64,000 bases of DNA from an uncultured Desulfobacterales bacterium (GTDB lineage: Bacteria; Desulfobacterota; Desulfobacteria; Desulfobacterales; C00003060): positions 21,106-85,105 of the forward strand of contig CAYTTQ010000002.1 of assembly GCA_964440795.1 (NCBI GenBank), in the 5' to 3' direction. A program made the translations under genes and the position numbers. Shown here one piece after another: positions 10,211 through 20,948 of the stretch. The notes under the pieces are model-generated. The model was not told where the DNA came from. It did not search any database and saw only the letters and a list, made by a program, of their open reading frames with translations. Position 1 is the first letter of the stretch. Every line of letters begins with the position of its first letter.

Positions 10211-13200
10211 TCATGCCGGCGTCGATCTCTGCGGATCCTCCCTCGAGGCCACTTCACAGCGGCGATGAAAGATCTGGATCGAACAGACCGTCAGGCCCTG
10301 GGTCTTCATGGCTTCAATGGCGTCGGCCATGGCACCCGCTCCGGCCAAGGTGGTCGCATAGGGCAGTTCATATCTCAATACGGTGCGTCGAATAATGACC
10401 GCCCCGCCGGCGCTTTCTTTCCCGGAGGGCGTGTTGATGACCAGCTGTATCTGTCGGTTCTTGATCAGGTCGGTGACGTTCGGCCGTCCTTCCGCGATTT
10501 TTTTGATCCGTTGGTTGGCTATTCCTGCCGCGGCCAGGTACCGGGAAGTTCCGGCCGTGGCCATAATGTCGAATCCCATATCGTAGAGTTTCCGAACGAT
10601 GGGACAAGCCTTTTCCTTGTCCGAATCCTTTACACTGACGAACACGGTACCCGATGTGGGTAAACGTTGTCCCGCCGCCAACTGGGACTTGGCGAAGGCC
10701 CGTCCGAAGTCTTCGTCGATTCCCATGACTTCCCCGGTCGATTTCATCTCCGGCCCCAGAATCACATCCACGTCGGGAAAGCGACTAAAGGGAAACACCG
10801 ATTCCTTGACGGAGACGTGATGGGGCCGAACCGGTTTTGTAAAGCCCAAATCTTTTAAGGACTTGCCGAGCATGACCTTGGTGGCCAGCTTGGCCAGCGA
10901 AACCCCGGTGGCCTTGCTGACAAAGGGGACGGTCCGTGACGCCCGCGGATTGACCTCCAACACGAACACCTCATCGCCCTTCACCGCAAATTGGATGTTC
11001 AGCAAGCCGATGACCTTGAGTTCCTTGGCCAGGGCCCGGGTTTGAGCGCTGATATTTTCCAGAAAAGCGCGGGACAGCCCCCGAGGGGGTAAGACGCAGG
11101 CGCTGTCTCCGGAGTGGATGCCCGCCGCCTCGATATGTTCCATAATGCCGCCGATCACCGTCGTTTCGCCGTCACAGATGGCATCCACGTCGACTTCCAC
11201 CGCATCTTCCAGAAACTTGTCGATCAATATCGGATGATCCGGGGAGGCCAGTTTGGCTTGATGCGTAAAGGCAGCCAAGGATTCTCGGTCATAGACGATT
11301 TGCATGGCCCTGCCCCCCAGGACGTACGAGGGTCGAACCATCACGGGAAACCCGATCCGCTCGGCCAGCCGAAGGGTCTCCGTTACGTCCATGCCGCTGG
11401 CGTTGTCCGGCTGTTTCAGGCCCAGCTTTTGGAGCACGTTCTTAAAAAGCTCCCGGTCTTCCGCCAGGGCGATGCTCTCGGCCTGGGTCCCGATAATCGG
11501 AACCCCGGCTTCGGCCAGGGGGGTACATAGGTTCAGCGGCGTTTGGCCCCCGAACTGCACGATTACCCCGGAGGGGGCTTCCCCCTCCACGATATTCAAG
11601 ACGTCTTCTTTGGTCAGCGGTTCGAAATAGAGCTTGTCCGACGTGTCATAATCGGTGCTCACCGTCTCCGGATTGCTGTTGACCATGACACTTTCGATCC
11701 CTTCCTCCGCCAAGGCGAACGCGGCCTGGACACAACAGTAGTCGAATTCGATCCCTTGGCCGATGCGATTCGGGCCGCCCCCCAGTATGACCACCTTGGA
11801 TCCGGCGGACACCCGTGCTTCGTTCTCCCATTCGTAGGTCGAATAATAGTAGGGCGTGCGGGCCTCGAATTCCGCCCCGCAGGTATCCACCAGTTTGTAC
11901 ACCGGGGTGATGTCCAATTCCTTTCGCAACCGCCGTATATCGTCTTCCGTCCGCCCGAGAAGATACCCCAGCTGGACATCGGAAAACCCGAAGTCCTTAC
12001 TTCGCACCAACAGATCCCGTCCCGGCGGGGTCTCCGATTGGGATATCTCTTCTTCCAGGGCGATGATACGAGCGATCTGGCGCAAAAACCACGGATCGAT
12101 GCCGCTCAGGCGATAGAGGGTCTCCAGTTCGATGCCGGCCTTGATGGCGTAGGCAAGGTAAAATATCCGTTGTGAGTTCGGGTTGGCCACGTTGGCCTTG
12201 ATTTCCTCCACCGAGGGCGTCTTACCCTCCCGGCCCGGCAACTGTTTCCCGTCGGCACCCAGTCCGAATCGGCCGATCTCCAGGGAGCGCAAGCCCTTCT
12301 GCAGGGCCTCTTTGAATGTCCTGCCGATGGCCATCGTCTCACCCACCGACTTCATGGCGGTGGTCAGGTGGTCTTGCGTTTCGGGAAATTTCTCAAAGGT
12401 CCACCGGGGTATCTTGACCACACAGTAGTCAATGGTCGGCTCAAAGGAGGCCACCGTCTCTCCGGTAATGTCGTTGGGAAGCTCGTCCAGTGTATACCCC
12501 ACGGCCAGCTTGGCGGCCATCTTGGCGATCGGAAATCCCGTCGCCTTGGATGCCAGCGCGGAACTCCGTGACACCCGCGGATTCATCTCGATGACCACCA
12601 TCCCCCCGTTTGTGGGATCCACGGCGAACTGGATATTCGATCCCCCGGTCTCCACCCCGATTTCTCTGATGACGGCGATGGCGGCATCCCGCATGGTCTG
12701 ATATTGCTGATCCGTCAGGGTCTGTGCCGGGGCCACGGTGATGCTGTCCCCGGTATGGACCCCCATGGGATCGAAGTTTTCGATGGAACAGACAATGACC
12801 ACATTGTCTTTGAGGTCCCGCATGACCTCGAGCTCGAACTCTTTCCATCCAATGACGGATTCTTCCAACATGATCTGATGGGTCAAGCTGGCATCCAGGC
12901 CCCAGGCGGCCCACCGTTCCAGATCTTCGGGATTATAGGCCACACCGCCGCCGGTTCCCCCCAAGGTAAAGCTGGGACGGACAATAATCGGATACCCGAT
13001 CTCCCGGGCGATTTCTCTGGCCTGGTCCATGGTGCGGGCGATACCGCTTTCCGGGACCCGCAACCCGATACGGCCCATGGCGTCTCGAAATAGATCCCGC
13101 TCTTCCGCCTTCTTGATGACCTCCACGGAGGCACCGATCATCTCCACATTATAGGTGTCGAGAACCCCCATCCGGGCCACTTCGATGGCGGTATTCAAAC

Positions 13201-13483
13201 CGGTTTGCCCCCCTAGGGTGGGCAGAAAGGCGTCGGGCCTTTCTTTTTCGACGATCATGGCCACGATCTCAGGAGTAATGGGCTCGATGTAGGTATGATC
13301 CGCCATTTCCGGATCGGTCATGATCGTTGCCGGATTGCTGTTGGCCAAAACGATCTCGTAGCCTTCTTCCTTGAGGGCTTTGCAGGCTTGGGTACCCGAA
13401 TAGTCGAACTCGCAGGCCTGGCTGATGACGATCGGTCCCGAGCCGATGATCATGATTTTCGATATGTCGGTTCGCTTCGGCAC
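10211..13483 (-). CDS. carB: Carbamoyl-phosphate synthase large subunit
   Basis: Canonical [21 protein letters not shown]-terminus begins at GTG 13483-13481. The upstream 42 codons of the track ORF overlap guaA and are not CarB-like. Duplicated ATP-grasp halves and an MGS-like C-terminus. Confidence 0.95.
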   Translation of the reverse strand: MPKRTDISKIMIIGSGPIVISQACEFDYSGTQACKALKEEGYEIVLANSNPATIMTDPEMADHTYIEPITPEIVAMIVEKERPDAFLPTLGGQTGLNTAIEVARMGVLDTYNVEMIGASVEVIKKAEERDLFRDAMGRIGLRVPESGIARTMDQAREIAREIGYPIIVRPSFTLGGTGGGVAYNPEDLERWAAWGLDASLTHQIMLEESVIGWKEFELEVMRDLKDNVVIVCSIENFDPMGVHTGDSITVAPAQTLTDQQYQTMRDAAIAVIREIGVETGGSNIQFAVDPTNGGMVVIEMNPRVSRSSALASKATGFPIAKMAAKLAVGYTLDELPNDITGETVASFEPTIDYCVVKIPRWTFEKFPETQDHLTTAMKSVGETMAIGRTFKEALQKGLRSLEIGRFGLGADGKQLPGREGKTPSVEEIKANVANPNSQRIFYLAYAIKAGIELETLYRLSGIDPWFLRQIARIIALEEEISQSETPPGRDLLVRSKDFGFSDVQLGYLLGRTEDDIRRLRKELDITPVYKLVDTCGAEFEARTPYYYSTYEWENEARVSAGSKVVILGGGPNRIGQGIEFDYCCVQAAFALAEEGIESVMVNSNPETVSTDYDTSDKLYFEPLTKEDVLNIVEGEAPSGVIVQFGGQTPLNLCTPLAEAGVPIIGTQAESIALAEDRELFKNVLQKLGLKQPDNASGMDVTETLRLAERIGFPVMVRPSYVLGGRAMQIVYDRESLAAFTHQAKLASPDHPILIDKFLEDAVEVDVDAICDGETTVIGGIMEHIEAAGIHSGDSACVLPPRGLSRAFLENISAQTRALAKELKVIGLLNIQFAVKGDEVFVLEVNPRASRTVPFVSKATGVSLAKLATKVMLGKSLKDLGFTKPVRPHHVSVKESVFPFSRFPDVDVILGPEMKSTGEVMGIDEDFGRAFAKSQLAAGQRLPTSGTVFVSVKDSDKEKACPIVRKLYDMGFDIMATAGTSRYLAAAGIANQRIKKIAEGRPNVTDLIKNRQIQLVINTPSGKESAGGAVIIRRTVLRYELPYATTLAGAGAMADAIEAMKTQGLTVCSIQIFHRRCEVASREDPQRSTPA

Positions 13484-15012
13484 TATTCCCACTCGATCGT
13501 ACTGGGGGGTTTGGAACTGATATCGTAAACCACCCGGTTGACGCCTCTCACCTCGTTGATGATGCGATTGGAAATCTTTCCCAACAGGTTGTGGGGCAGC
13601 TTGGCCCAATCGGCGGTCATCGCGTCTTTACTGGTCACCGCCCGAATGGCGACGATGTCTTCATAGGTTCGCTGATCCCCCATGATCCCCACACTCTTTA
13701 ACGGCAGGAGCACGGCGAAGGACTGCCATAGCTTTTTGTACAACCCCGCCGCCCGGATTTCCTCCAGGAGAATGCCGTCGGCCTTGCGCAACACGGAAAG
13801 CCTGGCCTCTGTTACCTTCCCGATAATCCGGATCGCCAACCCGGGACCCGGAAAGGGTTGCCTCCAGATCAAGTCCTCGGGAAGACCGAGTTCTTTGCCC
13901 AGGCGGCGGACCTCGTCCTTAAACAGGTGCTTCAGCGGTTCGATGAGCGTCAACCGCATCTTTTTGGGAAGCCCGCCCACATTATGGTGAGACTTGATCA
14001 CCACGCTGGGTCCGCCAAACGTGGATTGAGATTCGATAATGTCGGGATAAAGGGTCCCTTGTCCCAAGAAGGCGATGTCCTCGAGTTTTCCCGCCTCTGC
14101 CTCAAACGCCTCTATGAAGGTCCGGCCAATGATCTTGCGCTTTTTCTCCGGATTTTCAACATCCTTTAGTCGGGATAGAAACCGCTTTCGGGCCCGTACG
14201 AATCTCAGGTTGAGCTTCAGGTGCTCCTTGAAAACCGACTTGACTTCCTCGGCCTCCCCTTTCCGCAGCAGTCCGTTATCCACAAAGATGCAGATCAGGT
14301 TCTTCCCGATGGCTTGGTGAAGCACCATGGCCGTCACCGAGGAGTCCACGCCGCCGCTCAACCCCAGAATGACCCGCCGGTCACCGACCTGGGACCGAAT
14401 CTCCACAACCGCCTGGGTCATAAACGACTTCATGGTCCAGGTTCGCTTGCATCCACAGACCTCGAACAAGAAGTTTCTGAGCATCTTCTTGCCCCGGACG
14501 GTGTGTGACACTTCCGGATGGAACTGCACCCCATAAAACTTGCGCCCTGCGTCTTCTATGGCCGCCATCCGGGTGTTTGAAGTCGAACCGATGGCCCGAA
14601 AGCCCGGAGGTGGGTTTTCGATCGCATCGCCGTGACTCATCCAACACCGGGTGGGGCTCCGGATCCCCTTGAAAATTCCCGAATCGTGCTGGATCTGGAG
14701 CTCCGCCAATCCGTATTCCCGCTTTTCGGCCCGATGGACCCGCCCCCCCAGGGTATTGGCCATGTAGTGGAGACCGTAACAGATGCCCAGCACCGGAATT
14801 CCCAATTCGAATATGGCTTCGTCCGCCTTGGGACTGCCCTTTTCATAGATGCTGGCCGGTCCACCGGACAAGATGAGCCCTTCCGGCGCCAAGGCGCGGA
14901 TATCGTCGATCTTGACGCTGGGCGGTTCAATCTGACAATAGACCCGATGTTCCCGGATGCGCCGGGCGATAAGTTGATTATACTGCGACCCGAAATCGAT
15001 AACCAGAATCAC
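13483..15012 (-). CDS. guaA: GMP synthase (glutamine-hydrolysing)
   Basis: 509 aa. [21 protein letters not shown], GATase-1 domain, SGGVDSS PP-loop, and a C-terminal ...PPSTIEWE. Confidence 0.95.
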   Translation of the reverse strand: MILVIDFGSQYNQLIARRIREHRVYCQIEPPSVKIDDIRALAPEGLILSGGPASIYEKGSPKADEAIFELGIPVLGICYGLHYMANTLGGRVHRAEKREYGLAELQIQHDSGIFKGIRSPTRCWMSHGDAIENPPPGFRAIGSTSNTRMAAIEDAGRKFYGVQFHPEVSHTVRGKKMLRNFLFEVCGCKRTWTMKSFMTQAVVEIRSQVGDRRVILGLSGGVDSSVTAMVLHQAIGKNLICIFVDNGLLRKGEAEEVKSVFKEHLKLNLRFVRARKRFLSRLKDVENPEKKRKIIGRTFIEAFEAEAGKLEDIAFLGQGTLYPDIIESQSTFGGPSVVIKSHHNVGGLPKKMRLTLIEPLKHLFKDEVRRLGKELGLPEDLIWRQPFPGPGLAIRIIGKVTEARLSVLRKADGILLEEIRAAGLYKKLWQSFAVLLPLKSVGIMGDQRTYEDIVAIRAVTSKDAMTADWAKLPHNLLGKISNRIINEVRGVNRVVYDISSKPPSTIEWE

Positions 15013-15092
15013 TGCTGGACCCTTTCTTTACCACAGGACCGGGCCCGGGGTATCTGCGGCCCCCACCCTTTCAGGCCGATCGTGGCACCCGC

Positions 15093-16184
15093 TCAGCCAA
15101 CTTTTCTCCTGTTTATGATCTCGACAAATTCGTCGAACAGATAGTGGGCATCGTGAGGTCCCGGGAAGGCCTCCGGATGGTACTGGACGGAGAAAATCGG
15201 CAATTCCCGATGTCTCAGCCCCTCGACGGTATTGTCGTTTAGGTTCATATGGGTGATCTCCACTTGGGCGTCGGTAATGGAATCGACATCCACACAAAAC
15301 CCGTGATTTTGGGCGGTAATCTCCACTTTTCCCGTGGATAGATTCTTCACCGGGTGGTTGGACCCGTGATGACCGAATTTCAGTTTGTAGGTCCGTCCGC
15401 CGAAGGCCAGCCCCAACAACTGATGTCCCAGGCAAATACCGAAAATCGGATACCGGGGGATCAAGGCCCGAATCGTGTCTACCACGTAGGATAGCGGTTC
15501 CGGATCTCCGGGTCCGTTGGAGAGCAAAATGCCATCCGGATTCATGGCCTGGATGACTTCCGCCGAGGTGTGGGCGGGCACGACGGTGACCGCAAAATTT
15601 CGTTTGGCCATGCTCCGGGCCATGTTGTATTTCATGCCGCAATCAACAATCACCACGGATAATGCCGCATCCGGTTCTCGGGGCCATTCATAGGGGTGTT
15701 CGCAGGTCACATACCGGATCAGGTCTCGTCCAACCAGACTGGGAAAAGCCGCCGCCTTTTCCGCCAAGGCCCGGGGATCCGATGCCTCTGTAGAGATAAT
15801 CCCCCGCATGGCCCCGGCCCGGCGAATGTGCCGGGTAAGCGCCCGGGTGTCCACCCCTTCAATGCCGATCACCCCGTGCCGGTCCAAGTAGTCGGCCAGG
15901 GATTCTTGGGAGGCCCAGTTGCTGGGCACCGGTTCATATTCTCGAACCACAAACCCTTCCGCCTGAACCCGAGACGATTCGACATCCGTTTCGTTGACCC
16001 CATAGTTTCCGATCAGGGGGTAGGTCATGGTCACGATTTGACCCTTGTAAGAGGGGTCGGTGAGGATTTCTTGATACCCCGTCATGCTGGTGTTAAACAC
16101 CACCTCCCCCAATGTCTCGCCCCGTCCGGCGAAAACCCGGCCGGGAAAATACGTCCCGTCTTCCAGTACCAGCAGGCCGTTCAT
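15093..16184 (-). CDS. carA: Carbamoyl-phosphate synthase small subunit
   Basis: MNGLLVLEDGTYFPG... and a GATase-1 domain (GICLGHQ). Start moved to ATG 16184, which has AGGAAA 8 nt upstream. The track ORF starts at 16214. Confidence 0.93.
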   Translation of the reverse strand: MNGLLVLEDGTYFPGRVFAGRGETLGEVVFNTSMTGYQEILTDPSYKGQIVTMTYPLIGNYGVNETDVESSRVQAEGFVVREYEPVPSNWASQESLADYLDRHGVIGIEGVDTRALTRHIRRAGAMRGIISTEASDPRALAEKAAAFPSLVGRDLIRYVTCEHPYEWPREPDAALSVVIVDCGMKYNMARSMAKRNFAVTVVPAHTSAEVIQAMNPDGILLSNGPGDPEPLSYVVDTIRALIPRYPIFGICLGHQLLGLAFGGRTYKLKFGHHGSNHPVKNLSTGKVEITAQNHGFCVDVDSITDAQVEITHMNLNDNTVEGLRHRELPIFSVQYHPEAFPGPHDAHYLFDEFVEIINRRKVG

Positions 16185-16229
16185 GCGCTCGTTTCCTGAC
16201 GCCCCTTGTCTCATCGGCGCTCAGCGTTT

Positions 16230-16269
16230 CGGCTTGGACTTTTAAGTTAACAAGCCGGTTTTATTTAAT
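16230..16269 (+). terminator. Terminator-like hairpin (CGGCTTG..CAAGCCG + GTTTTATTTAAT) lying in the carA 5' region but oriented on the opposite strand
   Basis: 7-bp stem at 16230-16236 / 16251-16257 with a 14-nt loop. The U-rich tail exists only when read on the plus strand. Confidence 0.25.
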
Positions 16270-16569
16270 ATCTCGGCGGTGGGCGGGCCTCGATGGGCCC
16301 CCTGCCCGGGCAAGGCACCGAGATTGCATACAAAGCCAACCGTCCACCCGCCCGGCGGGGGCTTTCCCGCCCAAGCGGTTACTAGTTTACAACTGGGTCT
16401 TTGTATCATTGACACGTAATCTTTCAACGAAAAACTTGAGATCCACGGAAGATTCCCGCGTCGCCCCCGGCAACCGGGAAGTTGGGCGGTAAACGCCCAA
16501 AAGTATACTTTGTTCAAAAGGGCGTCGATCTCGGTCTGGGGGTTGCGTGCAGAGAAAGGATACGTCTCC

Positions 16570-17352
16570 ATGCTGAAAGAACATGAATATGTCAGACAAA
16601 CCCTTGAACGATATACGAAAAGCCGGCTGGAAGATTTCTGCGACCACATCCTGTTGACCAATTTTTTGGAGTACGTCGACGGGTTCCGGGCCCGAGCCGA
16701 CGGGAGATGTTCGAAGGGCAAATTCCGTGTGGTCCACGCCAAACAGATGAATTGCACCTTGATCGACTTCGGCATCGGCTCGCCCCAGGCCGCCTTGTTG
16801 ATTCACTGCCTGGCCTATCTGGACAACCTCAAGTCCGTGATCATGCTGGGTATGTGTGGGGGAATCGACGACACCTTGCAGGTGGGGGATTTTGTCGTGC
16901 CCGGTGCCGCCATACGCGGAGAAGGAACGAGTCGCCATTACCTGCCCCGGGAATACCCGGCCGTGCCCGCCTCCTCCATCAATCTCTATTGTATCGGGGC
17001 GGTCAAGAAGACCGGCTTGACGCCTCGATGCGGGATCGTATACACAACAGACAGGAGATTGTGGGAGTTCGACGAAGAATTTGTTTGTTATTTGCGACAA
17101 CACCGGACGCTGGCCATCGAAATGGAATTGGCCACGCTCTTTTCTGTGGCCTATCGGTTTGAGGTCCCCATCGGCGCCATCATGCTGGTCTCCGACATGC
17201 CCATCCAGAAAAAGGGCATCAAGGGGACCAAGCTACACGACGAAGTGTATGCCAAGTATATAGGCACTCATCTCGATATGGGCATCGACGCCGTGCAGGC
17301 CCTTCAGGCCAACTGGACCGACGTAGAGAGAACCCTGTCCAGCGAATGGTAG
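16570..17352 (+). CDS. AMP nucleosidase-like nucleoside phosphorylase (short form, catalytic domain only)
   Basis: MLGMCGGI and YRFEVPIGAIMLVSDMPI resemble my recollection of the E. coli Amn catalytic domain (HCGGL, YRFRVPYGTLLCVSDKPL). Start taken at ATG 16570 (MLKEHEY). Confidence 0.7.
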   Translation: MLKEHEYVRQTLERYTKSRLEDFCDHILLTNFLEYVDGFRARADGRCSKGKFRVVHAKQMNCTLIDFGIGSPQAALLIHCLAYLDNLKSVIMLGMCGGIDDTLQVGDFVVPGAAIRGEGTSRHYLPREYPAVPASSINLYCIGAVKKTGLTPRCGIVYTTDRRLWEFDEEFVCYLRQHRTLAIEMELATLFSVAYRFEVPIGAIMLVSDMPIQKKGIKGTKLHDEVYAKYIGTHLDMGIDAVQALQANWTDVERTLSSEW

Positions 17353-17374
17353 ATCCGCTTTCCATACATGAGGA

Positions 17375-18398
17375 ATGCAACCCGTGTATAGACCCCTTCC
17401 CCCACAGCCCAACCATCGGTCCCTGATCGCACGGGCGTCGCTGTGCGCCGTCGCCGTCCTACTTTTACTCACCACCCGGCTGTGGGCGGCACGACAGGCT
17501 GCCGCCATTCCCTTGGAGGAAATCTCCTGGGGCCTGGTAATCACCGGGCTCCTCGGGGGATTGGGGCTTTTCCTTTACGGCATGGAAAAGATGAGCGAGG
17601 GAATGAAACTCGCCGCGGGCAATAAGTTTCGGTCCATCCTTAAGGCACTCACCGCCAATCGGGTCGTCGCCCTCCTTTTTGGTGCCCTGGTCACCATGTC
17701 GGCATCCTCATCGTCCTGGCCCAACAAGGCCTAGTCTCTCTGGAAGCAGGCATCCCCATGATATTCGGCGCCAATGTGGGCACTTGCATCACCGCCCTGG
17801 TGGCCGCGACGGGCATGTCTCGACAGGCCAAGCGGGTCGCGGTGCTCCATATCTCGTTTAAGGTCTTGGGGGTGATTCTGTTTATTTTGAGGAGAAACTC
17901 GATTTTTTGGAGGAAAAGATTTCGGAGTATCTGCTCAAGATCGCCCGCGGGGAACTCTCCGCCGGGCAGACCGCCGAAGTGTACGAAATGATGTCCATCG
18001 TAAAAGACATTGAAAACATCGGGGATATTATACATCGGAACATGTTGCCCCTTATCGAAAAGAAAAGGGCCCTGGAGATGGACTTTTCGGAAGACGGCAA
18101 AGAAGAATTGCTTATCTATCATGAGAAGGTGTGTAGTCACCTGCGACTGTTGACCGAAGCCTTCTCGGAAACCAACCCCGACAAGGCCTGTCGGATCATG
18201 GAACAGGAAGCGGAGTATCTTGACCTGGAGCGTCGCTACAGGTTAAAACATTTGCAACGACTCCAGTATGAAACCAGAGAGTCCCTGGCCACGCACGAAG
18301 TCCACATGGAATTAATGGATATCATGAAACGGATTATAACCCACACGTCCGACATCGCCCGGGTCTTTGTGGCCAGGTGTAATGAAAACCGTCAGTGA
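17375..18398 (+). pseudogene. Na+/phosphate cotransporter (NptA-type, PhoU-like C-terminal domain) gene with two internal deletions/frameshifts
   Basis: Three fragments in three frames. (1) 17375-17734: ...LFLYGMEKMSEGMKLAAGNKFRSILKALTANR...GALVT. (2) About 17698-17890: GILIVLAQQGLVSLEAGIPMIFGANVGTCITALVAATGMSRQAKRVAVLHISFKVLGVILFI. (3) About 17880-18398: EEKLDFLEEKISEYL... PhoU-like. Total span is about 340 codons, versus roughly 550 aa that I expect for intact family members. Confidence 0.7.
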
Positions 18399-18431
18399 AC
18401 CGAGAAAGACAGCGAAAGGAGACCGTCCCGG

Positions 18432-19475
18432 ATGACACCCGACTCGCCTGAGCCGCTGGTCCTGGCTGGAGACGTGGGGGGGACCAAGACGGTTTTGGGA
18501 CTCTTCTCCACCGACGCCGCCCGCCCCCGGTTAAAAGCCCAGGAAACCTTTGTCAGCCGGGAGGCCCGATCCCTCCAACAGGTCATCGAGGCGTTTCTTC
18601 GGCGTCACCCGGCAGACATCTCCTCCGCCTGCTTCGGCGTGGCCGGCCCGGTGACCCGCGGCGTGTGCAAGGCCACCAACCTGCCGTGGCGGATTTCCGA
18701 GACTCGGATTCGAAACCGGTTCGGTTTCTCCCCTGTTCGTCTGATAAACGACCTCACTGCCACGGCGGTGGCCATTCCCTTGTTACGACCCAAAGAGCTG
18801 CATACGCTGAACCGCAGACGCCCGGGCAGTAAACGGGTGGGGCTGGTCGCCCCGGGGACCGGGTTGGGCGTGGCCTTGGTCGTAGGAACGGAAACGGACC
18901 GGATTTGCGTCCCCTCGGAGGGAGGACACGTAGATTTTGCCCCCGGGAACACGCGACAGCAGGGCCTGTGGAAATACCTCCATGACCGGTATGGCCATGT
19001 GAGTGTGGAACGGGTGATTTCCGGGCCCGGGTTGGTCAACATCTACTCGTGGCTCAAGGAGACCGGGGATTACGAGGAACCGGGATGGTTGGCCGAAAGG
19101 CTCACCCGAGCGGACCCGGCCAAGGTGATCTCCGAGGCGGCGCTGAACACTGACACACCGCTGGCAAAGGAGACCCTGCGCATTTTTGTGTCCGTCCTGG
19201 GCTCGGTTTGCGGAAATCTGGCCTTGCTGGGCTTGACCACCGGAGGCATCTATCTAGGTGGGGGCATTTGCCCGCAGATCCTGCCGGAGCTTAAAAAAGG
19301 GGGCTTTCTGCAGGCGTTTTCGGACAAGGGACGTTTCAAGGACCTGGCGGAAAAGATCCCCGTCAAACTCATACTGAATCCCCGAACCGCGCTCCTGGGC
19401 GCCGCCCGTCACGGCATCGAGGTCGGCCAAATTGCCCCGCCCGAAGGGCAGGGCATTGCCGCCGGCGCCCCATAA
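18432..19475 (+). CDS. glk: Glucokinase
   Basis: LAGDVGGTKT ATP-binding motif; 347 aa; typical Glk length and layout. Confidence 0.85.
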   Translation: MTPDSPEPLVLAGDVGGTKTVLGLFSTDAARPRLKAQETFVSREARSLQQVIEAFLRRHPADISSACFGVAGPVTRGVCKATNLPWRISETRIRNRFGFSPVRLINDLTATAVAIPLLRPKELHTLNRRRPGSKRVGLVAPGTGLGVALVVGTETDRICVPSEGGHVDFAPGNTRQQGLWKYLHDRYGHVSVERVISGPGLVNIYSWLKETGDYEEPGWLAERLTRADPAKVISEAALNTDTPLAKETLRIFVSVLGSVCGNLALLGLTTGGIYLGGGICPQILPELKKGGFLQAFSDKGRFKDLAEKIPVKLILNPRTALLGAARHGIEVGQIAPPEGQGIAAGAP

Positions 19476-19498
19476 GGGCAAAACACCGGATCCCAACC

Positions 19499-20800
19499 TT
19501 AACCGTCTTTTCGTATCTTCATCGCCCGGGCATGGGCGGACAAGCCTTCGATATCGGCCATTCGGACAATATCGGGGTAATCTTTATCGAAAGCCTCTCG
19601 GCTGTAATACAAAACACTCGTCTTTTTAATGAAGTCATCCACCGAGAGGGCGGATGCAAACCGTGCGGTGCCGGCCGTAGGCAGTACGTGGTTGGGTCCG
19701 GCGATGTAGTCACCCACGGGTTCGGGGGTATGGGGGCCGAGAAAGACCGCCCCGGCATTTTGGACGGCACCCAAGTACCGGACCGGCTCCGCTACATGGA
19801 GTTCCAGGTGTTCGGGCGCCATGCGGTTGGCCAGTTCAAAAGCCCCCTTTAGGTGGGGAACCACCATGAGGGCCCCGTAGGCACGGAGCGATTTTTCCGC
19901 AACCTCCCGGCGCGTCAAGGACGGCAACTGGCCTTTCACCGCTGCGGAAACCGACTGTGCAAGCGTTTTTGAAGGGGTGACAAGTATGGCCGATGCATAG
20001 GCATCGTGTTCCGCCTGGGACAATAAATCGGCGGCAATGTAGTCCGGGTCCCCGGTCTCGTCGGCGATGACCAGAATCTCGCTGGGCCCCGCCAACATGT
20101 CGATACCCACCGTCCCCGAGACGAGTTTCTTGGCCAGGGTGACATAGATGTTTCCCGGCCCCACGATGACGTCTACTTTCTTTACCCGCTCCGTACCGTA
20201 AGCGAGGGCGGCGATGCCCCAGGCACTTCCCGCTTTGTAAACGGTCCGGATACCCAACCGGTACGCAGTTGCCAGAAGATAGGGGTTGACTTTACCCTCC
20301 CGGGTAGGCGGCGTGGTGATGCAGATATCTTTCACCCCGGCGATCTTGGCGGGGATACAGCCCATGAGTACGGACGAAATCAGGGGGGTCTGTCCGGCAC
20401 TGCCGCCGGGCACGTACACCCCGGCCGCCGCCACCGGTCGAATCAACTGGCCGAGCATGGTGCCGTCCGGCTCCGTGGTAAACCAGGAATTGCGCACTTG
20501 TCGCCGGTGAAAGGACTCGATCTGGCGGATCGCTTTACGAAGGGTTCGCAGATAGGCCGGGTCGACCTGATCCCGCGCTTCTTCGAGTTCCGCTTTCGAT
20601 ACTTGGAGGGCGTCGGGTGCCAGGTCCGGGGCATCGAAGCGGTTGACATAGCTCATCAAGGCCGCATCACCGTCTTTTCGAATCCGGGACAGGATCTTCT
20701 TGACCGCATTGACGTCCGTTGACTTGAAGTCTCTATTTCGATTGACGATGCTTGCCAGTCGCTTCTCGGCGCCGGCGGAGGGGACGGTATAGATCTTCAT
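19499..20800 (-). CDS. hisD: Histidinol dehydrogenase
   Basis: 433 aa with conserved HisD blocks (SQAEHD..., GDYIAGPNHVLPT). Confidence 0.95.
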   Translation of the reverse strand: MKIYTVPSAGAEKRLASIVNRNRDFKSTDVNAVKKILSRIRKDGDAALMSYVNRFDAPDLAPDALQVSKAELEEARDQVDPAYLRTLRKAIRQIESFHRRQVRNSWFTTEPDGTMLGQLIRPVAAAGVYVPGGSAGQTPLISSVLMGCIPAKIAGVKDICITTPPTREGKVNPYLLATAYRLGIRTVYKAGSAWGIAALAYGTERVKKVDVIVGPGNIYVTLAKKLVSGTVGIDMLAGPSEILVIADETGDPDYIAADLLSQAEHDAYASAILVTPSKTLAQSVSAAVKGQLPSLTRREVAEKSLRAYGALMVVPHLKGAFELANRMAPEHLELHVAEPVRYLGAVQNAGAVFLGPHTPEPVGDYIAGPNHVLPTAGTARFASALSVDDFIKKTSVLYYSREAFDKDYPDIVRMADIEGLSAHARAMKIRKDG

Positions 20801-20948
20801 CGCTGTGTATCCTTTACCTTCCGGGATGGATCATGGTACATAAGCAAGCTGTTTGTCTGATGGCATCTTATGTGAGAAAGCCGAATCTTGTCAAGCGGCT
20901 GGGTCATTGCGTGGGCCATTACGGAATGGGGACGTGGAAACGCTGGCG

